Assembly (NCBI GenBank): GCA_044229845.1
Contig: JBGASG010000001.1
Location: forward strand, 608,001 to 672,000
DNA: 64,000 nucleotides
Direction of reading: 5' to 3'
Source of the DNA: Candidatus Obscuribacteraceae bacterium
GTDB lineage: Bacteria; Cyanobacteriota; Vampirovibrionia; Obscuribacterales; Obscuribacteraceae
This document shows, in pieces, positions 61,283 through 64,000 of this stretch. The position numbers and the translations under genes were made by a program. Within the stretch, counting starts at the first letter, position 1, and each line of letters starts with the position of its first letter. The notes under the pieces were generated by a model. It searched no databases, had not been told where the DNA came from, and was given only the letters and a program-made list of their open reading frames with translations.

Positions 61283-61710
61283 TTGACTCACTTTTGAGAG
61301 CATTTTGATGTCCGGCGCACATGCATTTGCCCCTCCTGAGAGGCAACCACGCAAACCGTTCAAGAGCCGCATCATAGCTGGTTCTTGGGCGTAATTCAAT
61401 GCGCTGCCACGCCGTCTGGCGCAACACGAAGACTTTGTTCACTTTAAGCGGTTGTAAAATCCGTGCGAAATTGTGCCGCTGACAATTAATCCGAGTGTTA
61501 AAAGCGTCACCAGTATTTGTTTTCGGGAAATTGCCACCAGCTTGTCAAGAGAGCTTTTGGGTTTTAAAGTTGGAATTGTCTTGGTACATGAAAGTTACGG
61601 CTAAGACATTTCGCTCCCTGTCGCATGCGCGTGCACCGGTAGCCCCAGAGGAATAGATTCGCAGCAGCGCGCTCCCTATGCGAATCGCTCATTGAAACCC
61701 CCGAACCTCC

Positions 61711-62763
61711 ATGAAAAGATTTGTCATCCAACTGTTTAGTCTGCTTCTGCTGGCGGCCTGCATGCCTGGCGCCCTGGCGTCGGAAGTCTGTTATGAGGAA
61801 GATGGTGTCGTCGGCAAACAACTGAGCATGCCGATATACCACTGGTACACCAAAGGACGCACGCCCTGCGGATTGGTAGTCGCCGTCCACGGGGTGGCGA
61901 TGCACGGCAAGTCGTTCGATGTTTTGAGCCGGCAACTTTCGGTAATGGGCTTTGAAGTTTTTTCAACAGACTTGCGCGGTTATGGACGCACGCTCGATCA
62001 ACAGCATCGTTACTGCCAGCTGCCCGATTGCAAGCACAAAGTAGATTACGATAAGAGCTACGACGACCTGGTGGCATTGACCCAACGTTTGCGCATCGCC
62101 TACCCGGGTGTGCCGATTCACTTGATTGGTGAAAGCCTCGGTTCGTCGCTGGCGATCCGCCTGGCGGCACTGCATCCAGAACTGTGCGATGGCTTGGTAC
62201 TCTCGGCACCGGCTATCAAACGTCACTCATTTGTGCACAAGAAAATGGTGGCACAAGCCGGAGTCTTGATGTACAACTTTCGCGCTCAGCTCGATCTGAC
62301 ACCTTACGTGCAAAGTTTTGCTTCCGAAGATCCGCTGATTCTCGAGGAAATGGCCAACGATCCTTTGATGCGCACGCGCATGAGTGCTCCTGAATTGTTC
62401 AAGGCATCACAGGCCGTGAAGCGTACTCTCGGCTACGTCAAAGACATCTCGCCCGACACCCCGGTCCTGGTCATCCAGGGCAGCGACGATCGCTGCGTGA
62501 AAGCGAACGCGGTGGTGTTGATGCTCGATCGCTTGCGCTCGAAGGATCAAACTGTGCGTTGGTTCCATCAGCGCGGACACGTGCTTCTGGAGACAGCTCA
62601 CGTCAAGCCTGACACCATGCAAATTGTCTGCGGCTGGTTGCATGAACACGTGGACGGTTCGATGTACAGTCTCGCTTCGCCCAGATTTGTCGCGAAGAGC
62701 GAAAGCGCTCAATCAACCAGTCTGGATATGGACGCCAGCGTCAGACCGCAAATGCATTTCTAA
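61711..62763 (+). CDS. Secreted alpha/beta hydrolase (lysophospholipase/monoacylglycerol lipase-like)
   Basis: Signal peptide, VHG, DLRGYG, GESLG nucleophile elbow, QGSDD and GHVL. Confidence 0.9.
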   Translation: MKRFVIQLFSLLLLAACMPGALASEVCYEEDGVVGKQLSMPIYHWYTKGRTPCGLVVAVHGVAMHGKSFDVLSRQLSVMGFEVFSTDLRGYGRTLDQQHRYCQLPDCKHKVDYDKSYDDLVALTQRLRIAYPGVPIHLIGESLGSSLAIRLAALHPELCDGLVLSAPAIKRHSFVHKKMVAQAGVLMYNFRAQLDLTPYVQSFASEDPLILEEMANDPLMRTRMSAPELFKASQAVKRTLGYVKDISPDTPVLVIQGSDDRCVKANAVVLMLDRLRSKDQTVRWFHQRGHVLLETAHVKPDTMQIVCGWLHEHVDGSMYSLASPRFVAKSESAQSTSLDMDASVRPQMHF

Positions 62764-62775
62764 AGTCGCACCGAT

Positions 62776-63906
62776 TCAATTGGGTTTAGCGATGAAGAAC
62801 GGATTCGTGCCGTTGCCGCCCAAGTCTATCCTCGACCGAATGTCAAACTTGACGGTTCCGTCCGCTGCCGGTTTGGGCAATGGTGTACCGGTAGTGGTGC
62901 CGCCCTGTCGCAGGAGATCGAGACCGGTCATGGGTGGAGGCAAGGTGATGTTGACGCCTTCGCCTCGAGAGGCTTTCACAGCGGCAACCAGAGCGGCGAC
63001 ATCGGCTATCGGTGTGACAATAGTGCGCCCGCCGTCATTGGACATACTCTGGACGCCGACAGCTTCTCCGGTTGCCAGGCTGATAACCAGCGAGCCGGAA
63101 CTGGCCGGTCTTGTGTCCATCATAGTCTGGTAGACGGTACGATCGGCGTTTTCATTCGGGAGATAACCACCTTTGACCTTTTCGTCCGACAGTGGCTCTG
63201 ATTTGACGAATCGTCCTGGTGAGATGTGTACTTCGCGACTGTAGTTGGGGTGACCCAGTGTGGCCAGTGACGCGCCTTCCGTCAGTTGAATCGGTTTGGT
63301 CGGCAGCGTTACCGGTTGCGTCTTCACGTCTTTGGGGAGCACCAGCTGTAATGCCGCCAGATCCGACTGCTGGTAAACCATGGCGATGTTTGCGGAATAG
63401 GTTTTGCCGTCGGACATAGTAACGAGAATGGTGTCGCCCTTCTTTGCGACATGCGATTCGGTGATCAACAGACCTTTATCGTCAACGAAGAAGCCGCTGC
63501 CGGTGCTGCCTGATTCAACACCTTTGATCGCCACTACCGCTTTCTGGTAAGCCAGGTAATTGCGTGCTTCCGGAGAGTTGATGTCGACTGTGATGCGGTC
63601 GCCGGGTTTGTCGTCTCGGTTTTCCACCGTCAGCCCGGGCAACGTCACTTTGGTTGCGTCGCCGGGCACGGGACGCATCTGGGCATTGATATCGCCGATG
63701 GTGCCTGCCGGTTTGGATACTTGTGGCGGGTTGACTACGGGCACGACGTCTAGAGTGTTCAGCTGCGTGCCGGAGGCAGGACCTTTTCCGTTCAAATATG
63801 CATCGATGTCGTCCATGCCGCCGGTGCGTTCGACAGGTCGATTGTTTTGAGGGGGATTTTCTTTCAGGTCAGCGTCGGACATCGAGGTGGAGGACTCCAG
63901 AGCCAC
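62776..63906 (-). CDS. Trypsin-like (S1C-type) serine protease domain protein, divergent, no PDZ
   Basis: TGSGFFV, ITESHV (His), SDLAAL (Asp), LGHP and RPASSGS (Ser motif); alternative start 63882. Confidence 0.82.
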   Translation of the reverse strand: MALESSTSMSDADLKENPPQNNRPVERTGGMDDIDAYLNGKGPASGTQLNTLDVVPVVNPPQVSKPAGTIGDINAQMRPVPGDATKVTLPGLTVENRDDKPGDRITVDINSPEARNYLAYQKAVVAIKGVESGSTGSGFFVDDKGLLITESHVAKKGDTILVTMSDGKTYSANIAMVYQQSDLAALQLVLPKDVKTQPVTLPTKPIQLTEGASLATLGHPNYSREVHISPGRFVKSEPLSDEKVKGGYLPNENADRTVYQTMMDTRPASSGSLVISLATGEAVGVQSMSNDGGRTIVTPIADVAALVAAVKASRGEGVNITLPPPMTGLDLLRQGGTTTGTPLPKPAADGTVKFDIRSRIDLGGNGTNPFFIAKPN

Positions 63907-64000
63907 TCTTGACTATATCCATCGTTCCACTATTTCTCGATACGCAAAATACGTATTTCTGCAAAAATTTCTGCCCCGCGCCAATTATGGGGTATCTGAG

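Overview
The window is gene-dense chromosomal DNA (about 48 CDS) with no rRNA, tRNA, CRISPR array, integrase or transposase recognised. Cyanobacteria-like housekeeping genes (carB, rel, alaS, two ctpA paralogs), no photosynthesis genes, and many TPR, LRR and secreted orphan proteins suggest a non-photosynthetic cyanobacterial relative (Vampirovibrionia/Melainabacteria, Obscuribacterales-like). This taxonomy is inference only. The housekeeping genes (ppdK and its regulator, mtnP, acyl-CoA carboxylase beta, UbiD/MqnL, rdgB, rel, ilvE, rnhA, alaS, NAD kinase, murT, deoC, carB) are interleaved with an unusually protease-rich accessory set. The most notable observations are: (1) a ~1211-aa signal-less protein with YD-like repeats, a papain/calpain-like catalytic core and a Cys/Gly-rich tail, followed by a small ORF, in a toxin/immunity-like layout; (2) a translationally coupled pair of subtilase-like paralogs with complementary active-site defects; (3) a secreted protein made of 11 tandem ~81-aa helical repeats behind a highly structured leader; (4) an identical 20-nt palindromic element found twice, 34 kb apart, between convergent genes; (5) a CHASE3-HAMP receptor with no output domain; and (6) a CsgG-like gene near a secreted prion-like low-complexity protein. 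All calls come from reading motifs by eye, and no database searches were run.
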